From Phoronis australis (lineage: Eukaryota > Animalia > Phoronida), in contig NMRA01000869.1 in assembly GCA_002633005.1 (NCBI GenBank), forward strand, positions 49,271-113,270: a stretch of DNA of 64,000 nucleotides. Reading direction: 5' to 3'. This document shows positions 37,726 through 51,989 of this stretch, piece after piece. Below the pieces are notes generated by a model, which did not search any database, was not told the DNA's origin, and was given only the letters and a program-made list of their open reading frames with translations. Positions within the stretch are counted from its first letter, which is position 1, and each line of letters begins with the position of its first letter. The position numbers and the translations under genes were made by a program.

Positions 37726-39100
37726 CTGGTCAAACACAGAAATCAATCAGACTTGGTAGTGGGCACCTTACCCTGCATCTCCAGTCAGTATATATGGATA
37801 TATCAATCTCAATAGGGTGTAGAAATTTGTTGCAAATATTTAAGTCATGTCTGCACGCCATCTGTTGGCCACATCACATGACCTAATCAATATACGATTC
37901 CAAAAAGCTTTCTGCAGACACGACTTAAGTGTTTGCAACACAGAAACTTATCGTGCGCCCCAAAATAATTATGATACTGCTGTACATTTTGTAGATTTCC
38001 ACAAGCATTATATTTTCGCAGGAAACCTGTAAATTCTGTTTCTGTTAACTATAAAAGAGTATCTTCGATTTTCTTTTACAGCTGTTTAGCTCGAGAACTC
38101 CAAAGTAAAGCATTAAGATGTCTTGATTATTGACAGCTGAGCTCTCGGGATGAAAGAAAATCCATGACACACTTCTTAGTGTATACAACAAATGATCGGA
38201 ATTTGCAAGTCATTGGAAAATACAAGAAACTCGATACTTGATAATGAAGGTACTTATAACCATCAAATAAATCACCTTAACAGAAATGTCATATATATGC
38301 CTCAGGATAAAACAACTTTCTAGGCTATATTTGAACTTTGCTCATACCATAAGCAGGGATCATTTTAGAAAAATGTGGCTATCAGTCAATTGGCCCGTGT
38401 GACTATGAGTCAATTGGCCCACATGGCCACAAATTTAAGGGCCAATTTTTAGGCCTTGTGGGTCATATTAGTCGAATGTCTGTCATATTTCGATTCGATT
38501 TTTGGGGGTGGGATTTAAATATCCACGATATCGTCTGCTACCTTAGTATGTTATGTGATTAATGATTGTCAATTTAACTAAACACATAAATCCACAGGTG
38601 GGACCTGCATTTTCACAATATACTAGACCCCATATCGATAAAACTGTTGTTTTGATCAACTGCTCGGCATTGTAGTTGTATTAGATTCTGAATGCAATGC
38701 GTGTTATTCAAGGGAAAAATATGGCATAATTTTGACAACAGTTTTAGTGCGCCCGCTGGAAAGAGTTCAGCAATCAAAGACTTTCTTCATGTGGGGAGCA
38801 ATCCTAAAATCATCCCCGCATAAACCCAAAAAAAGAACATTAAGAAACCACTAATGACACCAGGAGTGAGTGAGAACAGATTTGATAAAAACCCTCCAGC
38901 CCCTTCAACACTGTCACTAAATTTGAGTCCCCACAGCTGCCCCCAAACTTCGCACCCCTACGTGACTGATATATTTGATAATAGAGACATGACACCATCT
39001 GCTTTTATCTGCTACAACCCTTGAAAATGGACAATAAACCAAGGGCATCACACCATCACTAAAATTCACATACCTGCAGTTATGAGTAAAGGCAACTTAC

Positions 39101-39157
39101 CAGACAAACTTTACCAGAGCACTAGGGTTGCACCAATTTCCGTCCTAGCCGGTTTAC
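39101..39157 (-). other. Candidate 57-nt 5' UTR exon of the orphan tyrosine-motif gene
   Basis: tttccttttcag acceptor and gtaagt donor on the minus strand. Inferred from splice signals only. Confidence 0.4.
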
Positions 39158-41977
39158 CTGAAAAGGAAATAGGTCAGTCAAAAGAGGTCATTAGATAAGG
39201 AAGGTGGTTGATAAAGATTTATCAAATTTATACACTGTCTCACAAAGAGTGAAATGGAATTTCTTCTGGCACATTTAATCTGCAAAAGTTCATAAATTCG
39301 TCATCTGCCAACACACAATTCAGACAATTTTTGTTAAAATCTTCTATCAAGAAAAACAACATTTTCATATCATTGTCAGAGGTCATGCTTCAATTCATGG
39401 GATCTGCAAGGTTGGAAAGAAAGCGTGCTTGAGAGGAAAAACTCATTCGTCAACTTATAAATTTCAGACATTAATTAGCAATAAACCATGTTAATCGGAG
39501 CCTACAAAGAAAAGATTTTACAAAAAATACTTACAAAAAAGCTATCTAATATAAGACACCCCCTTCCCTCACCGCTATTTTTACAACAGTCAGAGTCCGA
39601 TAGCTATAACAAAAACAACAATAAAATTCTCCCTCTTCCTATCGCCATTCAATCAACAACTCTTCAACATCTTGAATCACTCAACTTTATCTAGTAACCA
39701 TGGCAACTTGATTGCTATTCTTTGAACAAAAACTCCAATTCTTCAAATTACCAGTAATGGCATTAACCTGCTCTGCCTTAATGTCTCATTCAGAGTACCA
39801 TTAATTACTGACTACAGTCACTAAAGGAAATGTCATGGTTATAGCGGAAGGGTTGTTAATAGTGACATCGTTCAGCAGGTACAACCATACATAGTCTTTA
39901 AGTGACTGACAAACTAAGTAACTATTCAGAATAAGCCACGCCATTTGAATGCTTATTATATTTCAGTTAATAACAAAAATTTACAGTCAGTGAAAGAAAA
40001 CGAGAATGTTGAAAGTCACATGATCTGCAGTAGCGTAGTGAACATTTGATCACTTGCACCTTTACGTTTTACAACCGAATTTTTAGAACATAGAAAATCA
40101 GTTCTAATCCTCCACCATAAATAAAAATCATAACACCTACTCAATGCCACAAACAAAATTCCTGTCTACTGAAGTAGACAAAATAATAGCCTCAGCAGTT
40201 CAAATTCTTTTTCTCTTGTGCAAACTTTCATCAAAATAAACTTCTGAACTCATCAAATGACAATTGGTGACAGTGATTTCTCCCCACACACAGTACTTCA
40301 CTATGACCTTGCTGTCATGACTCATTGATCATAACATGGCTACTGTGCACAAATGATAACAGTAAGACTCCAGTATACAGTTTGATAACATCTGAATGTG
40401 TTATGCATCAGTGGTGCACATATCCTACCAGTCACGTCTCACTCAGCTGCCTGACTGACACCTAGGAAATCCTAGCATGCGTATGCATCCGGCCAATCGA
40501 TTCGTCTTTAAAAACATAAATTTAATATCATAGTCAGTTTTCGTATTTCCCAATTCTTCAGGAAATAATTTGTGAAACTCAATTATTCTTAATTTGGTTC
40601 AAGGATTCCTTTCATTACTTGCACAGGGCATTACAAGAAATAAAAACATCCACGACTTTTTATTTCCTTTTACTACACACTATCAGTCATCTATCAGAGC
40701 AACACATTTTCCTCAATGGTATTCATTCCATTTTTTAAGAAATTGTAAACTTTCTTACCCACAGTTCCACTTCAGGGTTTTCACCATAACTAAGAAAGAG
40801 CCAAGTGGATTTCATAATATTAACTCTATTGAAAACTAACTGTACTTTGCTTCCATAAAATGATAAAGCATAAAAACGTTAAAGTTTTGCTGCAAAAACA
40901 GATGAAGTTTTCATTCACCTCACACTAGACACCATTCTTAAAAAGATGTCAAATAGTCATGTGGAGAGAGAAAACGAGGCTGAACACCGCAACGCAATGA
41001 CTGTCTCAACTTTGTGAGTACAGGTGGTTTATCATTTGCTTCCAAAATAACTTTTGATTTTATTGTTTCAAAGAATGCTAAATCCTGTTTTGATGATTCA
41101 ATCAATCCTCGTTCTGTTACCTATTAATGCATCATGGCGTCAATCGTGAAAGTCAAAAGCAGGAATCAATCGAAAATTCATACCCCCCATCTTACAAATT
41201 GAACATTACGGTCCTTGGCAAGTGGTCTTTTCCCACAGTTGCTGTGTTATTCTGTTCCCTTTGGCCAAAACCTGGTTTGGTATCCTTTTAAAAATTCATC
41301 AAAAAGGCTTCAATTACTCCCAGGATGACCGACCAGTTGAACACAAAATTCAAATATTTCGCATATATCCGTCGTTATCAAGTCTGGGTTTCAGGCCCAG
41401 ATAATATTTACATATTTGGATGTATATAAACATAAAGTAATCAATGTTGAGTTAGCTATTCAAAAGTTGTTTGAAGCAAACTTTCACAGATAGGATGGAA
41501 AAGTCAGACATTCCAACCTTAAAACTGCTAATCAAGCCAGTTTTCCAATTGAAGCCATGGGATACTAAAGGCTCCATAAACTTAATAAATGTCCAGTCTC
41601 CTCATTGTACTTTTGTGGTACGATATAAATGCCAGGTCTCTGAAAAAACGATGGTCTCAGGTTGGGGCCGGGTCTGTGGAGCAAGAGAAGAGATGGTGAA
41701 TAAATGTTCGGCTGCTATAACTAGTTTTATGGTAAAAGCAAAAATGTAAGTTCCATTCAAAATCTTTTGAAAACCCAAATCTTAATGCAGAATAAATAGT
41801 CTGTATGACACTTCAAAACACTAGGGGAGGCTGAATGAATCTTCAAAGTAAAATAGGTCCTCTAAGGCTGCTAGGGTCCTCATCATGTCGTATTATCATT
41901 TTCTCAATTCTTTTTTCAATTCTGGCACAATGTAATGGAAGATAAGGTCACTGTGGACTCTGGTAACCTTGTTGTTG

Positions 41978-42711
41978 AGAGGAGGACAACATTCATCAAA
42001 TTTAGAGCTGAGAACCAGAGGAAGACAACATTCATCAAATTTAGAGCTGAGAACCAGAGGAAGACAACATTCATCAAATTTAGAGCTGAGAACCAGAGGA
42101 AGACAACATTCATCAAATTTAGAGCTGAGAACCAGAGGAAGACAACATTCATCAAATTTAGAGCTGAGAACCAGAGGAAGACAACATTCATCAAATTTAG
42201 AGCTGAGAACCAGAGGAAGACAACATTCATCAAATTTAGAGCTGAGAACCAGAGGAAGACAACATTCATCAAATTTAGAGCTGAGAACCAGAGGAAGACA
42301 ACATTCATCAAATTTAGAGCTGAGAACCAGAGGAAGACAACATTCATCAAATTTAGAGCTGAGAACCAGAGGAAGACAACATTCATCAAATTTAGAGCTG
42401 AGAACCAGAGGAAGACAACATTCATCAAATTTAGAGCTGAGAACCAGAGGAAGACAACATTCATCAAATTTAGAGCTGAGAACCAGAGGAAGACAACATT
42501 CATCAAATTTAGAGCTGAGAACCAGAGGAAGACAACATTCATCAAATTTAGAGCTGAGAACCAGAGGAAGACAACATTCATCAAATTTAGAGCTGAGAAC
42601 CAGAGGAAGACAACATTCATCAAATTTAGAGCTGAGACCCAGAGGAAGACAACATTCATCAAATTTAGAGCTGAGAACCAGAGGAAGACAACATTCATCA
42701 AATTTAGAGCT
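41978..42711. repeat. Near-perfect 39-bp minisatellite, ~19 copies
   Basis: gaagacaacattcatcaaatttagagctgagaaccagag repeated with one internal substitution (~42638). Confidence 0.97.
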
Positions 42712-45700
42712 CAGAATCTTTTAAGACACCTACATTATAGCGACCACCAAGCTTAGCCTCATTTCCTCTCTGCCAATGCATACATGAATAATTTCGGAGA
42801 TCCGTCGATCGCCTCCATCCTATTTGTTTACTTTCTCCGAGACAATAAAATAGAAACACGTTTTCATAGCTTCATCTCTGACAATGTGAGGAAGAGAAAA
42901 ATTAGAAACTGAAGTTCATAATCAACTGTTTCTGATTGAAGGAACAAAGTAAAAAAGGTGAATATGCATTTTCTACACAAAATGAAAAAAGCTTACTTCC
43001 TCTTGTAATTATTGTAACCGATTTTGTCCAATCATCAATGGACTAAACACCAAGTTTTGAAATGACATTTGGCTTAGCTTTTACAGTTGCATGCTGTACT
43101 GGGAAATTTAACGACACGCGTTCCGGTTCTTTTCAATTAAAGTCTTCATAAAAGAAATTTTACTACAAACCAATCTACAGGAATTCGCCACTTACTTTGT
43201 ATAAATCAAATGAAGTATGTTTTCCTAATGATCAGGGTGTGCCAAAGAAACTGAGTATAATGTAAAAACTTCATGGGTGATGGGCGTACAAAATTAACCA
43301 ATTAACCACGCAGAGCCAACTGTCATGTATGAATTAAATGAAATGCTTCCTACAGGTTTCCAACTTAAGCCAATTTACAGTAACTAAATCACTTCATCCT
43401 TTTCTAATAGAAGAGCACTTTACCCCATCATTGGTAAATCATTCTTTTGAGTACATGACTCTGAGTGACACCACACATATCCAGGTCACCATATGACATC
43501 ATATTTACATCAGCAACAGATATCCTATATTTTAATGGATGAACTTTTTTAATTAAGTGGTGAATATACATTGTTTGAACCTTATTAACTCAGATAATCA
43601 GGTGTATTACTAGAATTAATGACTGGGCTTTTGCATTGATATCTTCTGAAGTGCAACACTGACTGTTTGAACTAAGTGAAGCACGAGATTCACATTAAGT
43701 CACCTCATGTGAAATAAGTGAGGGAAAAATGTTATTTTTCCAAATAATTTTGGGTGTGGGAAGTAAGATGAGTCTGCTAAATAAGTGGAGAATTGTAGAA
43801 GTTCAAACTTATTTCCAAATAGTGCTCTATGGACATGTAATCAAATGCATTCAAAATAAACAGAATTCATTTCGCACTTTTCAGAGCAACTTATAAGTCT
43901 CTCATGGTGCACCAACAGAAAGGCTGCCACTTTTTATGAACTGACAGTAAAAATCACATACCGTACTACGTACAGGACTTAACTTGCACATTATTCCTAT
44001 TGTAGTAATTTCTCTCAATTGATGACACCTTTTGTGTTATAATGTCTTCACAACAGTGGTATTATGGATAATATTCTTGTTGCAATATATGTACTAAAGT
44101 ACACAAATCATAACTACATATTGGCATAAGCACATACTGGGCTAATACCCAATAACTCTAGATGCAGAATACAAAAACAAAGAACAAGTATGGCGTAGGC
44201 TGGAATTGGTTAGAAAAATACAACACACTAGAGTACCAAATCAGGTAGTAGTGCTCAGTAGTCTACTGACTACCACAGGTTTTCAACACGAGGCTGGACT
44301 CAGTTAAAATATTTTAAAAATTTAACCGTTACTGAATAACATAACACTTCAGCGAAATCAACATTTTCAGCTTAATACTACTGACAAACAAAAAAAAATG
44401 TGTGCACGGGACATCTAATGTTCTGAGACATTAAAGAAAACTCAGTGACAGAACAGAATACGTGCAAACTATTTGACTGTTACCTTTCCATCTATGTAAG
44501 TACCATATACCCCAAGTTCTAGTAATCATGTGCAATTCCTCAATGTTAAACTAGCCTGACCTCAAACCTCCAGTCAAATGCCTAAGTTGTTATCACACCA
44601 ATTGCATTCCTGGAAATTCCTGAAGCTCAGACCATTATTATCCAAGGAATCTCCCAAAATACTCTCAAAACAATAACCCTGACAACAACAGACAGATTGT
44701 AATAACACAGACTTGACATCTTACATTCACTAATGGAACTGTCATGTTAGCACGATCACGTCATGAAAGCGTAATCCTTCACGATATTTTGAGTTTAGTA
44801 GCAAGCAATCGTAAATTCTCAATAGTTAAAGAGCCTGAGAACACCATCGACAACACTTTGAAAACAACACTTTGAAATCTAACACCACGTCACGCAAATT
44901 CAATTTCCTAAAAACCAAGAATGAGATCAAGATAACACATTGAATGTAAATTAACGGAAGAGGCCGACAGACATGTGAGTGACTAATGGTATCTCTCAGG
45001 AGAGTTTGGATTCTGAACGAAAGCAGGCAAAAGAACCAATTTTGGATGAAATCTGCAAGAGCTTGACATCCTTAAAAGTCAAGAACATTAATACTTCAAA
45101 AACTAAAAATTTTAGTTGTTGACTCCTGGTTGTTGCTAAATGTTTTGCCTGCTGGTTAAAGTCTTCACAATAATCAGGCATGACACCCAAGTTGAGGGAA
45201 AATGCGTTCAGGTAAGTTGGAAGACAATGGTTGTCCTGCCATACAAATAAAAAACTTTAACATTAGGATGAATACTTAGGATGCCAACTAGTTACAAAGA
45301 CACTTTGGACTTGGAGGGGATAACTAGAGGGCATAGCGGTATAGAATTTTGTGGGTTGTTTTAAATCATGGTTGACATTCACACGAAATAGGCCATTTGA
45401 AATTGACATGTAAGGTCAGTGAAAGCAGTACTTTGAGAACCCTGCTCATAGTCATACAACTGTCAGAGTTGGACAGTGTAACTAAATACAGTTTAACAAA
45501 GGGCTTATGGTCCTGGTTAAGAAGATAATCATTTTATTATCCGGTATGGGCTTTGAGTAGCCCAACCTATAATGAGAGCTGGTGGGAATGAAACAATTGG
45601 CATTACTTCCTGTTATATCTGCTGTCCTAAATAATAATTGCTAGGTACTTCTAAAGATTCACTATTGGTTATTTTCAAATTCCATAAATGTAAGTCTTAT

Positions 45701-46112
45701 TCAGTTAAACCAATCACCGCCACTATAATAGCAAGATATGCTAGACATAAAAAACAACATGCTTAACAATATTTATGAATATCGAACAAGGCAGATTTAA
45801 ATACCATGATACGAACTCAAAAGTTACAATGTTACAGATCAACTCTATGTGGCATGGTAATCCGCACATTATGATATTAAAAAGGAAGTTCAATGATGAA
45901 ATGATAATTTGACATAATTGATTTTTTTGTTCCAATCAGCTAAATTAATTCAAATTGGGAAAAACGGCTACCCGGGGTAATACCAACAGATGGAAATTCA
46001 TACACACAGGAAGAGCACTTACTAAGACTACCTTACTTTCCACTGGTAGAATAAAATTTCACTTATTACCGTAACATACAGCGATGTGAGTTAAAAAAGA
46101 ATCCCGTTACTT

Positions 46113-46468
46113 ATGCCAAGACTCCCTGAAAAACATGGCTTGTACACATGAACACGGCTCAAACAGACCTGTAAACTCAGTTTGCTGACTCACAAACACA
46201 GCCCTGCACTCAGAAAACACAGCTTATGCACCCAAAAAGCACAGCTCCTGGACCACAAACATGGCTCCAGCACCTGTAAACACAGGTCACCGACTCTTCA
46301 AGTCATGTATGCATTAGATATGTGATTCTTGTGAGCCGTGGTTTTGGGGTGTGAAAGTCGTGTTTTATGAGTGCTGGGTCGTGTTTGTGCGAGTCAGTGA
46401 ACTGAGTTTACATACCTGCGAGCTGTTTTCATAAGTGCCTGAGCCATGTTGTTCAGGTAGCCTGACAT
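46113..46468. mobile_element. Foldback MITE with ~21-bp subrepeats
   Basis: atgccaagactccctgaaaaacatggct ... agccatgttgttcaggtagcctgacat. Inner arms are inverted (tgtaaactcagtttgctgactc / gagtcagtgaactgagtttaca). Confidence 0.68.
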
Positions 46469-48799
46469 CTATTTTGAAAGTTGGCAATTGGCAAAGGTAC
46501 TGCTTTACCAAGAACTTGTTTACATGGAAACCATTTGACAATTTTCAATGATTCGCTGATACGAAAGCGGTAAACTTTAGGCACTTTGCTGTTTTGACAG
46601 AGCATGTTGTCACACGACAGAGAAGACATCACGTATGTATTTGAACTATTTATCAGTTATCTGAGAGCAAATGTTGGTCTCCAGTGCAGTTTACTAGGAA
46701 ATAATTATGGTAGCAATATGAAAACAATTCATGAAATGTGATGGAATTAATATTTATCATAGTCTATGGTCAGTTTATTGAAAATTCAATCAAAAGGCAA
46801 ACTTCAAAAGGGTGGTGGTGTATTCAGAAGTGCTAAATAATGATGACCTCAATGAATGTGGTGCAACTGCTCAAGTAGATATCTCTTCAATGCTAATCAA
46901 CAGCGTTCAAATCAAATTTCTCAACAAAAAGAACTTTTCAGGAAAATTTACTTTGCTTTTAGCATGGTTTGCATGGCATAGCTATTACCAAACAGTATTT
47001 GGTAAAATTGTTTTTTGTAACAATGTGGTAAGCCTCTGACATATAGAAAGATGGCAATTTTAACAATTATAGAGTAGAGTAGACAAACCCAATTTGATAT
47101 TCTGCTCCATAGTGACCATACCTATAAAAAAGCTCATTTCTATTAAAATGGCGGGTAAATGAGGAAAACATCATTATGCCATCTGTCTGAATATTGTGGG
47201 GTTGTTTGGACACAGAAATTCAAAAATATTTATTCATGAAGTTAAGTTTGATCACTAGGATCTTGGCTTTGCTAGTGAGTCAATGCTGACATGATACATA
47301 TCATCAACCATTTTGCAGTTGTAATAAAATTAAGGCTTTTTAAAAAAAGTTTTCAAGTAATTGTAATAACTTGAAAACTTGTTTTTTCTTCATCTCAAAC
47401 TGTCAGTTCTTTTCAATTCTTGAAGTCGCCTTTAATTTGAATAAAGAACAATTTGAGACCAATTTCACAATGATAAGAGTCCTAAATCAAAAGAATGACA
47501 TAGTTTTAATGAAGGTAGGTGGGTTTATGGCCACTTTGAACAACGTGACTTAACAAGCTAAGTTTACTAAATCATCGTGTGCAAAACCGCATGTTCATAC
47601 AGGTACAGATGTCACACAGACGCAACGAATTCTACTCATCTTTCTAGTCATTTTCAACACCAGATACCCTTCCCAACTGAAAATCTAGAAAGTGTATGTC
47701 TGATCTAGACCTGTCAGTTGGAAGTTTTTTTTTGCTAAACCATCGAAGACGTTGCTGTAAGTAAGTTTCGAGCACTGACACAGACATCTTCGGAAGCCGA
47801 TGGTGTTTTAAATTCTTCCAACTCAAACAAATACTTTGGCAATCAAGATTTCTTTCTAATGCGTTCATTCATTCATCAAAAAATTCATTGAGGTTGCTAT
47901 TTTGTTGGTTACAAGAAAAGCTATCTTCTTTATCATGTGGAGCGGGGGAGGTGTCAGTTTGCAACATCACTGGTGATGTCCAGGAATTTTCCTACAACAC
48001 CTTTGGCCTTAGCGACATTTCCCATGCCAGAGTGTCTGACAAGTTGGCCCTGCTTTTTTGAGAGGGGGGGTGAGCATGGCCCCCATTAGTCAGCCAGCTA
48101 GCTGTATGAACACTATCGTCAAAATACAGCTGTGGTATTGTTCAGCCAGTTTTTCCAACACCGTTAAATAATTTAGTTTACGCTGGGAGAAATTTTGATA
48201 TTGGTCCTAGGTTTACTCAAGGAAGAGTGTTATTTTTAATGACTCTAATTTCGTGTCAGATTTTATCTGGTCAGTTTCTTCAATTCTTGCCCACATTGGC
48301 GCAATTAGGCTCCCGTTTGCCTCTAATTGTTCTTCTCCAATTCATGGATCTCCTTGGTTAAGTGCCACTGTTCTATGTTCACTGACAGTACTTAAACCCA
48401 CAATCTTCGATGTGCAAGTCAAGTCACCAAACCAATCGGCCAATACTATCTAAGGAGGCAATACCCATTGGTTCAGCAGCAATTTAGAGGCGTTACTTAA
48501 CCATCACACCCGTAACCAGCAATTCACAACAATATGGTTCACTTGATGCAGACACCTCAACACGTTGCTATCCGTCTGTGCTGACCCTAAGGCTAAGATC
48601 TAGGCCTACGCAATAAACCTAAAACTGTCCACCTGGTCATGAAAGTGAAACAACTGTGTGAACGGTTTCCCTGTGTAGTACTGCAGTGTGCGTTAGAATA
48701 GATCCCAAACACTTTTAACCGTATCAAAAAATAAAAATGCAAGAAATATGATTTTCAAAGGCAAGAATCACTAGACTTGAACAGAGACCACCGACTTAC

Positions 48800-48915
48800 T
48801 CATAACAGTAAAGGTTCTTTGCTCTAGTTGACACTTAAATTGCTCTCCGGACTTTACGGGTTCTCATCAACAAGCAAGTTCTCCAACTTCCTTAACCCGT
48901 TCGTCACGTGATACA
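48800..48915 (-). promoter_or_regulatory. Candidate first exon/promoter of the minus-strand orphan gene
   Basis: gtaagt donor at 48794-48799 (minus). E-box gtcacgtgat at 48903-48912 and a second cacgtg near 49008. Confidence 0.3.
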
Positions 48916-51900
48916 AATAAAAACCGGACACAAACAGCAGTCAAAATGTTGATGATTGGTCAAATTCATACCATCCATTTTTGCGCTCATCTAATTCTTA
49001 GCATACTCACGTGGAAATTAGTCCTTTTAATAGAACACGCAACTTTCATACTATACATTTTAATTTCTAAAGTCTGTCAAGGGATAAACTCGCCGAACTT
49101 TTTGGTTTTTCTAAAGATATGGTATTGACCTTGTTACAAGTAGTCCTCCAATCAGAAAATGTTTTCTATTATGCGCTTGGCTTCCAGGGAAACTAGGTCA
49201 AGCGTGATACAGGGGCACAACATTTCAGTTTCACAAGTAGTAAAAGTAGGTAAAAGGTTATTTGAATCCCACTGAACAGTTTACAGTAGAAGAACTAACA
49301 GTAATTTGGGCGATAAAAAATCTGTGCAAATGTCATAGCCATGGTTACATTTGCAAAGATACTGATACTGTGTTCTAGCCTGGGAGTAATATTTGAGATA
49401 TTGGTCCTAGGTTCTAGCACAGTAAGTGTCCCTGTTCCAGGGTCCTGGGTCTAAATCTTAATCTTTGTACTCGAAATAGGGCGAGCAAGCCAAAATTTAA
49501 GTTACAGAAGCACATGGGTTTAAATGAAAACTCCCGTTGAGTAGAATTTACTACTTATTAAATTTTTAGAAACGGTTGAGTGGTTTTGATGCTAATGTTA
49601 ATCTGTTCTCCGAACGACGTTAAGACGTTAAGTAAAGCATTTCGCAATCTTGAATCTTGATGCCGTGGTATGGCCCTTTTTGCTCTGAGAAATCGAACTT
49701 GCAATTACTTTGACGTTTTTCCCCCACTCTACTTTATTACCAACCCAAGACAAATGTCAATAATTTTGTGCTCAATTATGTTATGGGTTACTTAGGTGAT
49801 TGTCTAATCCTAGATTGCTCCAGCCTTGATTCAAAGCTGTATCAGCTTTGCACCGATGTACATTACGGCCTTCTACCGTTAAGTCCAACTCGTCCGATTG
49901 TATAGCATAATTAACAAAAGGTGGGGAGATGACCCTTGTATCCAATATCTTACATGACTGATTAAGTCCATTTTGACATTGTTGATTGGAGAGTCCGCTC
50001 TCTCATGCCGTAAATAATACGCTTGCACGATCAAAGTCACGCATTTCTAAAGATATGCGTGACTTTTCACCGCTCGTCCTTCTGAGCGGCTTTTACCATG
50101 ATCAAAGAGAGTGCAGCGCCAGAGTCAGACTCAGTTGCGATGACTGCATTGTCCGGTGCCAGCAAGACCCAATTAAGTGTAATTATCCGACCATAAACTA
50201 TAGTAAACATCTCTGCCTGCATGTATATGCTGGCGAATTTTCAAAATGCATTAACCAACATTTTTGTTAAAAACAAATACCACAGCTGTATTCAGATGGA
50301 AAAAACAACCAAGTTTGGTTTTCGATTTTAAAAATCAATAGCTATTAAGCTAAAAACTACAAGCATTTTGTACGATAGTGAAATTAAACGACTGTGATTT
50401 ACAAACGCTAATCAGAGTTAACAATATCACATGGATTATTCTTTTAATAATCAACTAGGCTACATTGAAATATCTATAAACAACACACAGTGACTAAATT
50501 AGATGTCAATAAGTTATAAAACATCGCGTATAGCTCAGTGCATGCCAAACTATACTTTAGGCCAGGAGTAGTACACTAACTGGAAAACTGCTATTCGAGG
50601 AAATGCGCCAATTTCGATAGTTAACTTGTAATTGTAATGGAACACCTGTGAATTCAACTAAGATAGGTAGCTTTGTAGTCAACAAGAGAGTGCAAGCAGT
50701 GGATGAGGTTGGTCGGTGGACAAGAGCTGTGATTTCATTTTTGATGACTGAGAAGAAGCTAGAATAGTCATGTAGTTGCTGCAACCAAAATTGTCCAGAG
50801 GTTCCAAATCTTCAGTTTGGTTATCACCATATTTGCACTTTTGTATATTTTATGATTCGAGTTCTAATAAAAGTTGAACTTGGACTATTTTTTTAACTTG
50901 AACTATGGCATGTGTATTTTTTTTTGCTGTGACATGATTGGTGTAGCTGTAATCTGGAAAATTCAGGGTTTACAATTAACTGACTTCTAAGTTGTTTTGA
51001 TACTTCGTTTCAACACAAAATAAAAAGATAGCAACCCTAACCCGTAAAAAAACAAGTAGACAATAGTATTAAATTAAAGTATTGCAAACAGGTATGAAAC
51101 GTACTTATAACCAATGTTCCTTTGGAAAATGTCCCTTTGTCAACATAAATGCAAATTAACTTTTTAATGTTTTTGTTAGATTTAAAATGTACCAAGTTAA
51201 AACTGCTCTCCATATTGCAGCCTTTAACTCTGTGCAAATGCCAGAGAAAAACAATTTGGGTGTAATAAGGACCACCATTGTTAAGAAAGTAGTGCTAGCT
51301 ATTACCTTTCCACTTCATTAGCTTAGATCTACATCAATACATAGGGTGAGCTGAATAGGCATCATAAAAGTTGTGTGGAGCTCAAGGAATCTGAGCGGTG
51401 ACCAGTGTAAGCGCAGCGGTGACCAGTGTAAGCGAGAAATTCTCCACATGTTTTGTTCGATAATTGCTCTGATCTCTGATAAGACCATATCTAGCTTAAC
51501 TGGGCTGCACTGTTAAAAAAGTTAAATTATAAAATGCTTGAATATAAACCAATAACATTTCTGAATTCCTCGTCAAATGCTGATCGTGTTTAGTTTTTGA
51601 ATCACCAAAATTGCCCAACTACAACCGAAGTTAAGACCATCTATTCTATCCGAACATACCAACGAACTGGGTTTGTGATCGGTAATAAGCCTGGTAGGTA
51701 ATTGGCCTACATGTTGTCATACCAGACAAAAGACTGTGCTCGGCAGTTATATGAAAAAAATAATTGCTGGCGGTCTGATACACGTTGTACCAGACGTGCG
51801 CAGGCCTCGCATGTGGGCCCATTGCATTGATCACCTGGAAATATTTTTATGCTTTATTAATATGTGGCTAAAACCGAGCTGAGGAGCTAGAAACCTGGCT

Positions 51901-51918
51901 CAAGGGTTTAGCAGGGTG

Positions 51919-51989
51919 ACCTGGTGGGACTTGAACACACGACCTCGAGTTAAGAAAGCGGGCACTTATCAACCAGGCCACACTGCCTC
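51919..51989 (-). repeat. tRNA-derived SINE head
   Basis: Minus strand gaggcagtgtggcctggttg...gtgttcaagtcccaccaggtc has degenerate A/B boxes and resembles the 32705 head. Confidence 0.58.

Noticed and set aside
41978-42711. CRISPR-like array or repeat-protein genes (251-273 aa ORFs)
   Set aside because: Head-to-tail identical units with no unique spacers, no cas genes and a eukaryotic context. The ORFs are a by-product of the 39-bp period.
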